64,000 nt of DNA from Halodesulfurarchaeum sp. (GCA_034520565.1 JAXHNL010000002.1:1440001-1504000); one strand, 5' to 3'; shown: positions 51,806 through 62,048, counted from the stretch's first letter. The notes: generated by a model from the letters alone, not told the origin. Numbers and translations are program-made.

Positions 51806-52222
51806 ATGGCATCGGATCAATGGACGGACCGACGAACGTACCTCAGTACACGGAGCGGCGGCTATCGCAACTCTGGCCGGATGTAGTGGTGGAGATGGAG
51901 GAGATGGGGAACCAGAGCCGAATCACGACGTTCCGCATCCGACGACGATACTGTCCCGGACGCCGAGGCGACTGGGGTGGCATTTGAAGGCGAGGAACGG
52001 AACCCGGATATCGTTCAAGCAAAGGACGCAGACGCCGTCGGTTATCAGCACACGCCAAGTGGCAGCAACTATTGTGGCAATTGTGAAGAGTACGTTCCGG
52101 ACGCTGACGGGGACGGATATGGTGCGTGTCTTCTCGTTGCAGGAAAAATACATCCCTGTGATTACTGTGGTCTCTATCAGGGACCGTACGAAGGTGACGA
52201 CGTCGCGACCTGCTCGATGTAG
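51806..52222 (+). CDS. High-potential iron-sulfur protein (HiPIP)-like Tat lipoprotein (two frameshifts)
   Basis: DRRTYL twin-arginine signal, LAGC lipobox; YQHTP..CGNC.EY...GAC.LV.G.I.P.DYC.LY pattern. Confidence 0.75.
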
Positions 52223-52416
52223 GTTGACGGGGAAAACGTCTGGAAGTGTGAAAACTGACAGATCACGTTCCTGTAAGTCGAATCGGTTCTGGTCTCGAAT
52301 CAGGGAACGAATCGTCCCCTGAGGTTTTACGGCTGATACAACTGCGGGATTTCAAGGCTCACACCAGAAGGATAACAACGCTGACTGAGAAATCACTGCC
52401 AAACACTCCTCCTCGA

Positions 52417-52683
52417 ATGACCGTCGAAGAAACAACCGTCCCGGATGGAGCCACTCCCGCCGGCAGGTGTGAGTACTGTGGGCACCCGTTTCCAACGACG
52501 GAGCGGCTTGTTCTCCACAAGGGCGTCGAGCATCCACAACAGTTGGACACGGCAGAAGAGACGACGTTTCGAGCGGCTCGCTCGACCGAGGAAGACGAAC
52601 TGCGGACGCTTTTGTTACAGGCGGTCGGGGCCCTCGTCCTCCTGTACTTCAGCCTTCTCTTCACGTATGCCATCGTCACCTGA
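52417..52683 (+). CDS. C2H2 zinc-finger protein with C-terminal TM helix
   Basis: CEYCGHPF..ERLVLHKGVEH; hydrophobic C-terminus. Confidence 0.8.
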   Translation: MTVEETTVPDGATPAGRCEYCGHPFPTTERLVLHKGVEHPQQLDTAEETTFRAARSTEEDELRTLLLQAVGALVLLYFSLLFTYAIVT

Positions 52684-54175
52684 GTCTGACTCCGCCACCG
52701 GAACGGAGACGGAAACCCACTCCGCGTTACCGGCAGTGACGAAATTTGTGGGCCTGCGTGGCCCGCTCGTGTCTCGTCGAGCCGTCGGACACGTTTTCGT
52801 TCTGGTGGTGGTTGTTGCCCTGTTCGCCGGAACAGCGGCGGCGGGGAACGGCATGACCCTCTCGAAACAGACCCGTGATACCCTGACTGTTCCCAGGTGG
52901 CTGTACCTCGCGACCGGGGCCGCAGCTATCGGGGCCTCCGGGTTGCTTTCGGGCTTCGTGACTGATCGAGCGTTCATTCGTTCGATCCACGAATGGTCCC
53001 GTCCCGGTCCGACAGTCCGGGATTGGTGGCGGGTTTTCACCTGGCTCGGACGGGGCATTGGCCTCCTCGTCCTCGGACTCGTGATCTATTTCGGATTCAC
53101 GGGACCCCAGCTTCCGGCCGCCAGTTTGGCCGTTCTCGTTACGTTTGTACTCGTTCGCGCGGGGCTCCCAATGGTCACGTATCTCGGTGGGAACGTCTGG
53201 CCGCTTTTGAACCCGTGGCGACTGCTCGTTGCTCCGGTTCCGACCGGGTTCGTTCGGTATCCAGACCGACTCCACCGCTGGCCAGCTGTCGGAGGACTAC
53301 TGGGCATCGTCTGGATGGAAGTGTTCTTCCCGCTGAGTACGGTCCCGCGGGTGCTTTCGATGGCGATCGTCGGCTACACCGTGTATACCGTCGCCGGCGC
53401 CATCCTGTTCGGACCAGCTGCATGGTACGATAATGCCGATCCCTTGTCCGTTCTCTTCCGGTTTTTCGGCGCCGTGGCGCCGCTACAACGTCGAGATGAC
53501 GGACTTTCGATTACGCTTCCCGGAAACGAGCTGGCGGATTCGAACGCATTCTCTCATGAATCGGATGTCGCCTTCGTCATTGCCCTGATCTGGGAGCTCA
53601 CGTACAGTGGATTCATTACGACCGAAACCGGCGCCGCAACGATCGAGGCCGCCGTAAGGCTCCCCATCGCGTTTCTCGGGACACAAGCAAGAGCCAGTCT
53701 CGTGTACACGGGGCTTCTCGTCGGGGGCTTTGCCATTTTCGCTGGAGCGTATTGGTATGCGAGCGTGCTTTCCCGACGATATACGGGCACGTACGTCACC
53801 GCTCGACACATCGCATTACGGTTTGCACCGCCGCTGCTCGCGATCGCAGCCGGCTACCACCTGGCTCACTACGTTTCACTCGTCGTGTCACTCAGTCCGG
53901 CCCTTGGGATGGTGATCACGTCCCCACTTTCACCGCCGGCGAATCCGATCACGCTGGCGCCGCCGGGATGGTTTGACGGACTGAATATCGGCTTCGTACT
54001 CGTCGGACACGTTCTCGCCATCTGGGCCGCCCACGCGACGGCCTACGAGGTTTTTGCCAGCCGACTCGTCGCGATACGGAGTCAATATCCATTTATCGCA
54101 GTGATGATCGGCTACACGGTGATTAGCCTCTGGATCCTTTCACTTCCCGGTGCGATACCACCGTATTTGCCCTGA
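52667..54175 (+). CDS. Polytopic membrane protein (iron-uptake cluster)
   Basis: About 11 TM segments, WPLLNPW, IAAGYHLAHY, GHVLAIWAAH, SQYPF. Confidence 0.75.
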   Translation: MPSSPESDSATGTETETHSALPAVTKFVGLRGPLVSRRAVGHVFVLVVVVALFAGTAAAGNGMTLSKQTRDTLTVPRWLYLATGAAAIGASGLLSGFVTDRAFIRSIHEWSRPGPTVRDWWRVFTWLGRGIGLLVLGLVIYFGFTGPQLPAASLAVLVTFVLVRAGLPMVTYLGGNVWPLLNPWRLLVAPVPTGFVRYPDRLHRWPAVGGLLGIVWMEVFFPLSTVPRVLSMAIVGYTVYTVAGAILFGPAAWYDNADPLSVLFRFFGAVAPLQRRDDGLSITLPGNELADSNAFSHESDVAFVIALIWELTYSGFITTETGAATIEAAVRLPIAFLGTQARASLVYTGLLVGGFAIFAGAYWYASVLSRRYTGTYVTARHIALRFAPPLLAIAAGYHLAHYVSLVVSLSPALGMVITSPLSPPANPITLAPPGWFDGLNIGFVLVGHVLAIWAAHATAYEVFASRLVAIRSQYPFIAVMIGYTVISLWILSLPGAIPPYLP

Positions 54176-54228
54176 ACGCCGGATCGATCGAACCGGTGGT
54201 GTCCTCATCGATCGTCCGGTATCCGAAA

Positions 54229-55299
54229 TCATTCGACGGTGAACTCGATCGAGTCCATTTCGATGAAGGCCGTTTCGTATCCATCGTGGCGGGCCAACTG
54301 TGGCGGCGTGTCAACTGAAATGCGAACTGTCTCCCCTCGTCGAATTTCCTGCAGAGAAACGCCATAAAACGGGCCGAGTTCCGGATCGAGCGAGGCCTGC
54401 AGCGGTTTTTCAAACCGTGTCGTTTCATCTCGCTTGATGGTCGCTGACAGACCCATCCGAGGAAGGATCACACTGTTGTACGGGGTTCGTGGTGAGACAT
54501 AGAGAAACGGACCATCGTTTGTTCGAAATCGGTTTTGTCCCACGAGGAGGCCGGTGAGAATCGTGGCATCTCCCGACTGACTTTCGTCGAGTACGCGACC
54601 GGGGAGCGCTTCGGGTTTCGGCGCTACTGGACTCGGTACCCCGTTCATTTCTTCGAGATCGACCGTTCCACGGGTGCCCGCCAGTTCGTTCAATCGGCGA
54701 ATCTCCAGATTGTACGTCTCGCTCGTGTCGAAGGAAAACTCCATGGAGGCGGAACGAGGTTCGGTGAACCGCCCTCGAAAGGGTTCGGTCAGATGGGCCT
54801 GTAGTGGACCGACGTGGAACGTAATTTCGTACCGTTTCTCCCCGGGGAGTGGAATGTTATCGCCGTAGTGAAATCCCATCGTGGGCGAGATCATCGGCCA
54901 GAGGTTCGTGGAAATCGAGTCGCCGTCCGTGGAACTGATCTCGGTCGAAACGTCAACTGGCAGAATCGTCTCCGTTTGGAGGTCCCAGACAGTCGCCATC
55001 AGATGAATCGAATCGTCGGGTCGGACGACGACTTTCGACCGGCGTGAACCGGTCACGTTCCAGAATCGATGCGGATACGAGTGCATCACGGCGAACCCGA
55101 CGTCTCCGTCCGTCGTCGTTCCGTACATTCCCATCCCTTCCACGATTTCGGGGTAGTAGACGGCAGCAGGCCGGTCTGTAACGAGTGGTGGATCCCGCCA
55201 GACCGATTGGGTCTCGAACCCGAGCCGGCCGAGACATCCGGAGAGGAGTGTGGTGCCGGTGATGGCGGCACTGCTTCGGAGAAAGGAACGTCGACGCAT
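54229..55299 (-). CDS. Tat lipoprotein, p19/Tp34-like iron-binding protein
   Basis: RRRSFL, LSGC; IHLM, WPMISPTMGFHYGDNI motif; two repeated beta domains. Confidence 0.75.
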   Translation of the reverse strand: MRRRSFLRSSAAITGTTLLSGCLGRLGFETQSVWRDPPLVTDRPAAVYYPEIVEGMGMYGTTTDGDVGFAVMHSYPHRFWNVTGSRRSKVVVRPDDSIHLMATVWDLQTETILPVDVSTEISSTDGDSISTNLWPMISPTMGFHYGDNIPLPGEKRYEITFHVGPLQAHLTEPFRGRFTEPRSASMEFSFDTSETYNLEIRRLNELAGTRGTVDLEEMNGVPSPVAPKPEALPGRVLDESQSGDATILTGLLVGQNRFRTNDGPFLYVSPRTPYNSVILPRMGLSATIKRDETTRFEKPLQASLDPELGPFYGVSLQEIRRGETVRISVDTPPQLARHDGYETAFIEMDSIEFTVE

Positions 55300-55303
55300 C
55301 GAT

Positions 55304-56593
55304 CTACTCAGTTCTCACGGGTTCTGGATTAGGGGGTGGGAGTGCACGCAACGACCGAGGTGGAACGAGGTAATTACCCCGCCGTAACGTCCGAATGTAC
55401 TGGAGAATCCCGTTATTATTCCGTTGCCCGATAGCCGACTCCTCGGCAATTACGGACCCGTTCATCGCTTCTCGCGTGTCGACGAAATCTGCGATCCGGC
55501 GCTGGAGCGAGAGGAAATGGAGGCCAGTGGATCCATCTCCGGTCGAATTGAAATCCCGTCGGAGGATGAGGGGGGAGTCGGTCTCGTCGCGTGCCTCGGC
55601 GGACTTCTGTGAATGGCCGACGACGCCCTTCTCGCGAGCGGTCTCATCGACCGGTCGGCAATCTTCGATTCGGGTGTCCGTGCCGAGATTTTCACCACTC
55701 CCCTCGATGAGACCGTTTTCGGCGTGGTGTGGGCAGAACATTTTCGCTTCCCGTTGCCACCGATCGTCTTGATTGTACCACTGATCGAGGTCGAGGTGCA
55801 GTTTCGAGAGATGCTGTGTCGTTCCACCTGCAAACGGGCCCTCCTGAATGGTCACGCGATCTTCGCTCGGTTGATTCCGTTCGAATCCGGATTTGAACCC
55901 CATGAACATCGGGGCCTCTCGGGAAACGGCATCTGCTGAAACGCTATCGACCTCGGATGCCTTTTCCGCCGGGAGTCCTTCGCCAATGAAGCCCGTTCGT
56001 CGATCGGTCACGTCGAAGACGTCGGTCACCGACGCGTCAGGTTGTTCGATTTCGTTGACAGTCGCTAACTCGCCTTTGAGTCCCCCTTCGGCGCCGAGAA
56101 CCACTTCTGGCGTATTGCTTGCAAGGTGAACCACGGCATCCGGGGTATCAAATTCGGGATCCTCGAACGGCGCGAGAGGTTCCGGGGCCGGCAAATCCGG
56201 ACCTTCGCCCAGCGGTTCGGCAAATCGGTCGAAGTACGACGGGGAGTAACTAATCGTGAGTAACAGTCCGTTTGCGCTCCGTTCGTAGGCTCGTTCGACC
56301 CCACGGATCGCCGTTTCGAAAGTCTCCCGATCGTCGTCAGTTGGAACAGCGCCATCCGCGAGGGACAAAAAGAGTAGAACGCGATGTCGAGGGGGACGCG
56401 TATTTCCCGCCTCGTCCGTCGGAAGGACTTCGTTCCACGCGTGTTGGCGATCGGGATAGGACGACGAATCCGGCGATCCGGTGGGCACAGTGACATCCCC
56501 GCGCCCCAAACAGGCACTGAACGCCGCCGCACCACCGATAGCGACGGCAGATTTGAGGAATTCACGACGGGGGAGCCCACGGCCATCGGTCAT
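55304..56593 (-). CDS. Tat lipoprotein, divergent DyP/EfeB-like heme peroxidase
   Basis: RREFLK, FSAC; MFMGFKSG, GHSQK, ILRRDF, GLHFLSLQR. Confidence 0.7.
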   Translation of the reverse strand: MTDGRGLPRREFLKSAVAIGGAAAFSACLGRGDVTVPTGSPDSSSYPDRQHAWNEVLPTDEAGNTRPPRHRVLLFLSLADGAVPTDDDRETFETAIRGVERAYERSANGLLLTISYSPSYFDRFAEPLGEGPDLPAPEPLAPFEDPEFDTPDAVVHLASNTPEVVLGAEGGLKGELATVNEIEQPDASVTDVFDVTDRRTGFIGEGLPAEKASEVDSVSADAVSREAPMFMGFKSGFERNQPSEDRVTIQEGPFAGGTTQHLSKLHLDLDQWYNQDDRWQREAKMFCPHHAENGLIEGSGENLGTDTRIEDCRPVDETAREKGVVGHSQKSAEARDETDSPLILRRDFNSTGDGSTGLHFLSLQRRIADFVDTREAMNGSVIAEESAIGQRNNNGILQYIRTLRRGNYLVPPRSLRALPPPNPEPVRTE

Positions 56594-56695
56594 TACGGGC
56601 GAGTTGGCGAGTCCCGTGAATAGGGGTTCTGGTCCGATTCTCGAATCCCGGGGGGAAATCGCCGTAATCGGGCGCTTTTTGGACTCGCCTAGGTA

Positions 56696-56917
56696 ATGGA
56701 ACGTATGCACGGAGCCGAATCCGGGAATTCGGGGATGTCCAGCAGGAAGGCTGGGCTGTACGTGGCTCCCTTCGTTCTCCTCGGCCTCGCCGACATCGTG
56801 CTCCTTCTGTGGTGGGGAATCGATCCGCTTTGGGGGTTCGTCGTCTTCCCACCAATCGTATTTATTAGTGTCCTCGGGTGGATCGCGTTCAAATCCGGGT
56901 TCATCAGTGACCGGTAG
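56696..56917 (+). CDS. Small two-TM membrane protein
   Basis: Two hydrophobic helices around GIDPLWG. Confidence 0.6.
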   Translation: MERMHGAESGNSGMSSRKAGLYVAPFVLLGLADIVLLLWWGIDPLWGFVVFPPIVFISVLGWIAFKSGFISDR

Positions 56918-57063
56918 TGACTGGTCACCGATCGTTGGGAGCAGGTCACTGACACGCTCTATGTGTGTCGAACGGGACCGAGCGGCGTTTGAATGAGCGA
57001 CAATTCCGGGAGGTCATCGCCGAGATGGCCGGGACTTAAGTTCGATCCAGCCCTCCACTCTGT

Positions 57064-58803
57064 ATGACAGCGGACGAGGAGACCGGACGGTTCGAGTACG
57101 ATAGAGATCCCGACCTGCGGAGTAACGAAGTCATCCAGGGAGCCGAGCGGGCGCCACATCGGGCTATGTTTCGTGCCATGGAGTACGACGACGATGATCT
57201 CGCCTCCCCGTTGATCGGGATCGCGAATCCGGCAGCGGACATCACGCCCTGTAACGTTCACCTGGACGATGTCTCCCAGCGCGCCTCCGAGGCCGTAGAC
57301 GATGCAGGCGGCATGCCGATCGAATTCGGTACCATCACCATCTCGGACGCCATTTCGATGGGGACCGAAGGGATGAAAGCATCGCTCATCTCACGGGAGG
57401 TCATCGCCGATTCGGTCGAACTCGTCTCCTTCGGGGAGCGAATGGACGGGCTGGTCACCCTCGGCGGCTGTGACAAGAACATGCCGGGGATGATGATGGC
57501 CTCGATTCGAACCGACCTTCCATCGGTGTTTCTCTACGGCGGATCGATCATGCCCGGACAACACGACGGTCGAGAAATCACGATCCAGAACATGTTCGAG
57601 GGGGTGGGGGCCGTTGCGACGGGGGAAATGGAGCCCGAAGAGCTGGATCGTATGGAGCGGGTTGCCTGTCCGGGTCCCGGATCCTGTGGCGGGATGTTCA
57701 CCGCGAATACAATGGCCTCAATTGCCGAGACCCTCGGTTTTGCACCGCTTGGGTCGGCTTCGGCGCCGGCCGAGGAAGCGGCCCGGTACGAGGAAGCCGA
57801 ACGAGCCGGACGGATCGCCGTCGAGGTCGTCCAGGAACGTCGACGTCCATCCGACTTTCTCACCCGCGAGTCCTTCGAGAACGCGATTGCGCTGCAGGTA
57901 GCCGTCGGTGGGTCGACGAACGCGGTCCTCCATTTGCTTGCGATGGCTGCCGAGGCTGGCGTCGATTTGGACATTCAGACGTTCAACGAGGTAAGCGAGC
58001 GAACGCCGAAAATCGCCCACCTGCAGCCGGGTGGAAGTCGTGTAATGAACGATCTCCACGAGGTCGGTGGGGTGCCGGTCGTCCTTCGGGAATTGCTCGA
58101 AGCCGGACTCTTGCACGGTGACGCGATGACGGTCACCGGGAACTCCCTTCAGGTGGAAATCGAGCGGCTCGACCCACCGGCTATCGATGAACTCGACGTC
58201 CACTTCCTCCATCCGGTCGCCGACCCGATTCACGATCGGGGGGCAATTCGCATATTGACCGGGAACCTCGCGCCGGACGGGGCCGTGATCAAGATCACCG
58301 GGAGTGATCACCTCCACCACGACGGACCGGTCCGGGTGTTCGAATCCGAGGAGCCCGCGATGGAGTACGTCGAGAACGGGCGAGTCGAGTCAGGAGACGT
58401 ACTCTGTATCCGGAACGAAGGTCCCAGGGGTGGCCCCGGTATGCGAGAGATGCTGGGTGTGACATCAGCCGTTGCCGGACAGGGACATGCCGAAGACGTC
58501 GCCCTGTTTACCGACGGGCGGTTTTCCGGGGCGACACGGGGTTTATCTATCGGGCACGTCGCCCCCGAGGCGTACGTCGGGGGGCCAATCGCGGCTCTGG
58601 AGGACGGGGACCGAGTGACGATCGACGTTGACGAACTGGAACTGTCCGTCGACCTCTCCGAATCGGAAATGGAGGCCCGGCTCGAGGAGCATGCGCCGGA
58701 GCCGAATTACGAGAACGGAGTGCTGGCGAAATACCACCGCGATTTCGGATCGGCTGCGAACGGAGCCGTCACGAATCCGGGCGTTCAGTGGGAGCGCAAG
58801 TAA
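57064..58803 (+). CDS. ilvD: Dihydroxy-acid dehydratase
   Basis: [47 protein letters not shown]. Confidence 0.97.
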   Translation: MTADEETGRFEYDRDPDLRSNEVIQGAERAPHRAMFRAMEYDDDDLASPLIGIANPAADITPCNVHLDDVSQRASEAVDDAGGMPIEFGTITISDAISMGTEGMKASLISREVIADSVELVSFGERMDGLVTLGGCDKNMPGMMMASIRTDLPSVFLYGGSIMPGQHDGREITIQNMFEGVGAVATGEMEPEELDRMERVACPGPGSCGGMFTANTMASIAETLGFAPLGSASAPAEEAARYEEAERAGRIAVEVVQERRRPSDFLTRESFENAIALQVAVGGSTNAVLHLLAMAAEAGVDLDIQTFNEVSERTPKIAHLQPGGSRVMNDLHEVGGVPVVLRELLEAGLLHGDAMTVTGNSLQVEIERLDPPAIDELDVHFLHPVADPIHDRGAIRILTGNLAPDGAVIKITGSDHLHHDGPVRVFESEEPAMEYVENGRVESGDVLCIRNEGPRGGPGMREMLGVTSAVAGQGHAEDVALFTDGRFSGATRGLSIGHVAPEAYVGGPIAALEDGDRVTIDVDELELSVDLSESEMEARLEEHAPEPNYENGVLAKYHRDFGSAANGAVTNPGVQWERK

Positions 58804-58807
58804 CTCG

Positions 58808-60067
58808 TTAGCGTCGCTTTCGGCCCTTCAGGGCCCCGTAGGTGATTCCACCGACGACGACCGGCCCACCGATCAGTAACGCCCGCATCACGTTCGTTCC
58901 GAGCCCGATCTCGGTGTAATAGCCGGCGACGCCGGCGAGAGCGAAAAACGCGATTGCTCCCAGGCCGATCGCGGTTCGGCCGGGACGGTCGAAGGGATGC
59001 TGGATTCGCGTCGCGTCGGGGTCCTCGACTGAATCGCCGGTCACGATCGTGTCGACGATCGGGACGGATGCGAGCATTCCGCCGATGACGCCCGGAACGA
59101 CGACTCCTGCGATGAACCGCGCGTTGATAGCGGCCCCGAGGAAACCGATGTCTATCGGGGGCATCACACGAAGGATGCCGTAAATCCAGAGGAGGTACCA
59201 GTCCGGTTTGACCAACGGCGTGCCAGGTCCAGAGGGACCATACAGTTCCACCGGGTGAACGGGCACGAACGCAGCGAGCAACGTCACCGCGGTGGCGTAG
59301 GTGAAAAACACCCCGGCCATAATGACGGCCTGTTCGGGCCAAAGTGGAACACCCACGAGCCCCTCCTTCACGGTGTTTGCTTGGGACTTCAGGCGTCCCG
59401 TTATTCCGGGATCCTGGGTGTGTTTGACCTTCATGATGATGAGCAGGTGGAGACCGATGAGCGAGGCGAGAAGCGCTGGGATGACGACCACGTGCAGTGT
59501 GAAAAATCTGGGCACGGTGAACGAATTCGGGAACGGCCCGGCAAAGAGCAGATTTGCCACGTCCTGTCCGATGAACGGCACTGACGTGGCGATCTCGTAT
59601 CCGATGCTGGTGGCCGTCACGGCGAACTCGTCGAAGGGGAGGAGGTAGCCGAGGAAGGCCGCAAGAATCGTCAGCCCGAGTAACCCGGTCCCGAGCACCC
59701 AGTTGATATCCCGCGGTTTCCTGTACGCACCGGTGAAGTAAACCCGGGCCATGTGAACGACGATGGTCGCCAGCATGATGTGGGCACTCCAGTGATGGAT
59801 GCGTCTGACGAGTAACCCGATCGAGAGGCTATTGATTTGAACGACGCTCGCGTATGCGGCGGGAACCGTTTCCCCATCGAGGGTTACCGATGCCGTACTC
59901 GGCTCGTAAAACAGGCCAAGGAAAATCCCGGTCGCGACGATTCCGGTGAAGGCGAACAGGGCCAGTTCCCCGAGGAGAAAGCTTCCGTGGAGGGGAAAGG
60001 CCTTCTTGTCGAACCGATTGAACAGGCGGTCGAGATCGAGACGGGACCCATCTGGATCGGAACTCAT
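58808..60067 (-). CDS. qcrB: Cytochrome b (unsplit, QcrB-like) of a Rieske/cytochrome b complex
   Basis: SFLLGELALF, RRIHHWSAH..VHMARV, YRKPRDINW, GYLLP, FTLH..GLH, Qo motif KPDWY. Confidence 0.9.
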   Translation of the reverse strand: MSSDPDGSRLDLDRLFNRFDKKAFPLHGSFLLGELALFAFTGIVATGIFLGLFYEPSTASVTLDGETVPAAYASVVQINSLSIGLLVRRIHHWSAHIMLATIVVHMARVYFTGAYRKPRDINWVLGTGLLGLTILAAFLGYLLPFDEFAVTATSIGYEIATSVPFIGQDVANLLFAGPFPNSFTVPRFFTLHVVVIPALLASLIGLHLLIIMKVKHTQDPGITGRLKSQANTVKEGLVGVPLWPEQAVIMAGVFFTYATAVTLLAAFVPVHPVELYGPSGPGTPLVKPDWYLLWIYGILRVMPPIDIGFLGAAINARFIAGVVVPGVIGGMLASVPIVDTIVTGDSVEDPDATRIQHPFDRPGRTAIGLGAIAFFALAGVAGYYTEIGLGTNVMRALLIGGPVVVGGITYGALKGRKRR

Positions 60068-60702
60068 GGTCCGATCTCCTCCTCGAAGTCCGAGCTCAAC
60101 GCCAGTGAGTCCTCGTCAGTGAATTCGACCCCGATCTGGGGCAATGCTCGATCGGCAGGTGGATGAACCACCTCTGCGCCCTGGTACGGATCGAATTGAC
60201 TCCCGTGGCAGTTGCAATAGTCGGTCGGGTTGCCCGTCGGCGTTTCTTCCTCGATGTCCCAATCGACGGTACAGCCGAGATGGGTGCAGATCGCGGAGTA
60301 GGCAACGTAGCCGTTGGCCGTCATCGATTCGATCGTCGGTCCCCCGACTTGATCGGGTGGAAGGTGGTGTAGCCTGACGAGATAGTCGTTTTCCTCGACG
60401 TGGTTTTCGGGGTAGACGAGGGCGGAATCGGGGATCGCCAACATGTCCTCCGTGATCGTCTCTCCGATCTCGTAGATTGTCTCGCCGCCATCTGGCGTGT
60501 ATTCGGCGGCGAGGACGAGTGTCTGCCCGGACAGTGACCCACCCGAAGCCCCTTGTGCGATGCCGAGGTTCTTGAGCGGTGCCAGCATCGCCCCGGCAAA
60601 GCTTAGCAATCCGATGCCGCCGAACACCTGGACGATCCGGCGTCGCAGCAGTCCGATCGGATTCGATTCCTCGTCAGGCTGTGTGGTATCGGGTGCTGAC
60701 AT
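60064..60702 (-). CDS. Rieske 2Fe-2S protein
   Basis: RRR + TM anchor; YSAICTHLGC, CNCHGSQFD, PADRALPQ. Confidence 0.93.
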   Translation of the reverse strand: MSAPDTTQPDEESNPIGLLRRRIVQVFGGIGLLSFAGAMLAPLKNLGIAQGASGGSLSGQTLVLAAEYTPDGGETIYEIGETITEDMLAIPDSALVYPENHVEENDYLVRLHHLPPDQVGGPTIESMTANGYVAYSAICTHLGCTVDWDIEEETPTGNPTDYCNCHGSQFDPYQGAEVVHPPADRALPQIGVEFTDEDSLALSSDFEEEIGP

Positions 60703-60707
60703 CGGTG

Positions 60708-60959
60708 TTACCAGAGATCCTCGTCGCTTTCGAGTACGATACGGTGTTCTTGGAAGAGCCGGTGGTAACTGAGAACCATCCCGCCCATCGAGGCGAACGC
60801 GAGAGCGAGAAGGACACCGAGGACGGTCGTGGTGAACTCCAGGAATATCCCGGCTGCAAAGCCAATCGAGGCCACTGACAGGACGATACTCAGGAGAATG
60901 AACACCGCCAAAAGCCGTGGCGAATCGGCGGGTTCGACTCGAGAGATGATCTCATGCAT
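60708..60959 (-). CDS. Two-TM protein resembling the N-terminal helices of actinobacterial QcrA
   Basis: LLAVFILLSIV..GF / TVLGVLLALAFASMGG..YHRLF..IVLE. Confidence 0.6.
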   Translation of the reverse strand: MHEIISRVEPADSPRLLAVFILLSIVLSVASIGFAAGIFLEFTTTVLGVLLALAFASMGGMVLSYHRLFQEHRIVLESDEDLW

Positions 60960-61116
60960 GGAGCCCCACCTCCCAGCGCTCCAGAAGGAAGGTCATGAGT
61001 AGCACGAGGCCGACGAAGGCGAACGCGACTGCGCCGATTTGCCACGCTTCGAGTGCGCCACCCTCTGATGCCACTAATATGGTGGGCTCAATCAGGTTTA
61101 ATGGGAGGATATTCAT
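60952..61116 (-). CDS. Small single-TM protein, first gene of the Rieske/cytochrome b operon
   Basis: 54 aa with one TM segment; overlaps the next start. Confidence 0.55.
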   Translation of the reverse strand: MNILPLNLIEPTILVASEGGALEAWQIGAVAFAFVGLVLLMTFLLERWEVGLHA

Positions 61117-61335
61117 GGGTGTCCCCTTCAAAAATAGGTTTGGCCTTCTGGTAAATAATGGTATGGGGCTTTGTGACTCGCATACTAGTCCGGAATGGCC
61201 GTCAGTTTGGCGCCGATCGAAACGGAATGTTGGCCGAGGAGGGAGAGTGCCGCCGGGACCCAATCGTTTATGTTGTGCAGGTCGGTATCAGTGAGCGTAG
61301 AGGAAAAAGGCCCACTAATGAGTGGGGTTTCAATC

Positions 61336-61860
61336 ATGGGAGAAACGAGAACACGGATCGCCGAAACGGTCCATTCGAAACCGGGGATCCACTTCAACGG
61401 GATCGTGCGGACCTGTGACCTTGCGACCGGACAGGTCCAGTACCATCTCGAACGACTGCTGTCCGAAGACGATCTCGTCAAAGCTGATCTTTACGGTCGG
61501 TCCCACTACTTCCCGACCGAATACGACGATTGGGAACGGCGTACCCTGTCGCTACTCAGACGAGAAACGACCCTCGACGTGGCCTCGGTAATTCTCGAGA
61601 CCGGGCCCGCGACGCCGAACGAACTCGTCGAGGAACTCGATCTCGCCCGCAGTACCCTCGAATGGCACTTGAACCACCTCGTCGAACAGGACGTGGTAAA
61701 CAAGCGCTACACCGCAGCGGACCCCGTCGTTCTCGAAGTTTCCCGACCCGAGGAATTGATCGTGCTGGTCAGTGAGGCCGATCCGACGCTCCTCGGACAG
61801 ATGGTCGGTCGGTTTACCCGCCTCGTCGACCGAATGCTTGCGGAGGACGTCGATTTATGA
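61336..61860 (+). CDS. Tandem winged-HTH transcription regulator
   Basis: PGIHFN..LATGQVQYHLERL; LDLARSTLEWHLNHL. Confidence 0.88.
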   Translation: MGETRTRIAETVHSKPGIHFNGIVRTCDLATGQVQYHLERLLSEDDLVKADLYGRSHYFPTEYDDWERRTLSLLRRETTLDVASVILETGPATPNELVEELDLARSTLEWHLNHLVEQDVVNKRYTAADPVVLEVSRPEELIVLVSEADPTLLGQMVGRFTRLVDRMLAEDVDL

Positions 61861-61941
61861 CGGTCCACGTCTCCTCCATTGCAGGACTCGATTGGCTCAG
61901 TTTCGGGACCTGTTTCGACGCCCACTAACAGAACACAAACG

Positions 61942-62028
61942 ATGTCTCAAAAAACCCTCATCGCTCTGTTGATCGGCGGACTGGCATTCATGATGTTCGC
62001 TGCCGGTTTCATGTTGGTCCTTGGCTAA
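61942..62028 (+). CDS. Candidate 28-aa hydrophobic micropeptide
   Basis: MSQKTLIALLIGGLAFMMFAAGFMLVLG*. Confidence 0.45.
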   Translation: MSQKTLIALLIGGLAFMMFAAGFMLVLG

Positions 62029-62048
62029 TTGAAACGCCGCGTACCCGT

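Noticed and set aside
6231-52222. Frameshifts in guaB, acd, aldo/keto reductase, geranylgeranyl reductase, PAC2, phosphoesterase, pan, rad50, polB, sufC and HiPIP read as pseudogenes or programmed frameshifting
   Set aside because: They hit essential genes, several are compensating pairs or sit in homopolymers, and they share no slippery motif. Long-read indel error is the simplest explanation; raw reads would settle it.
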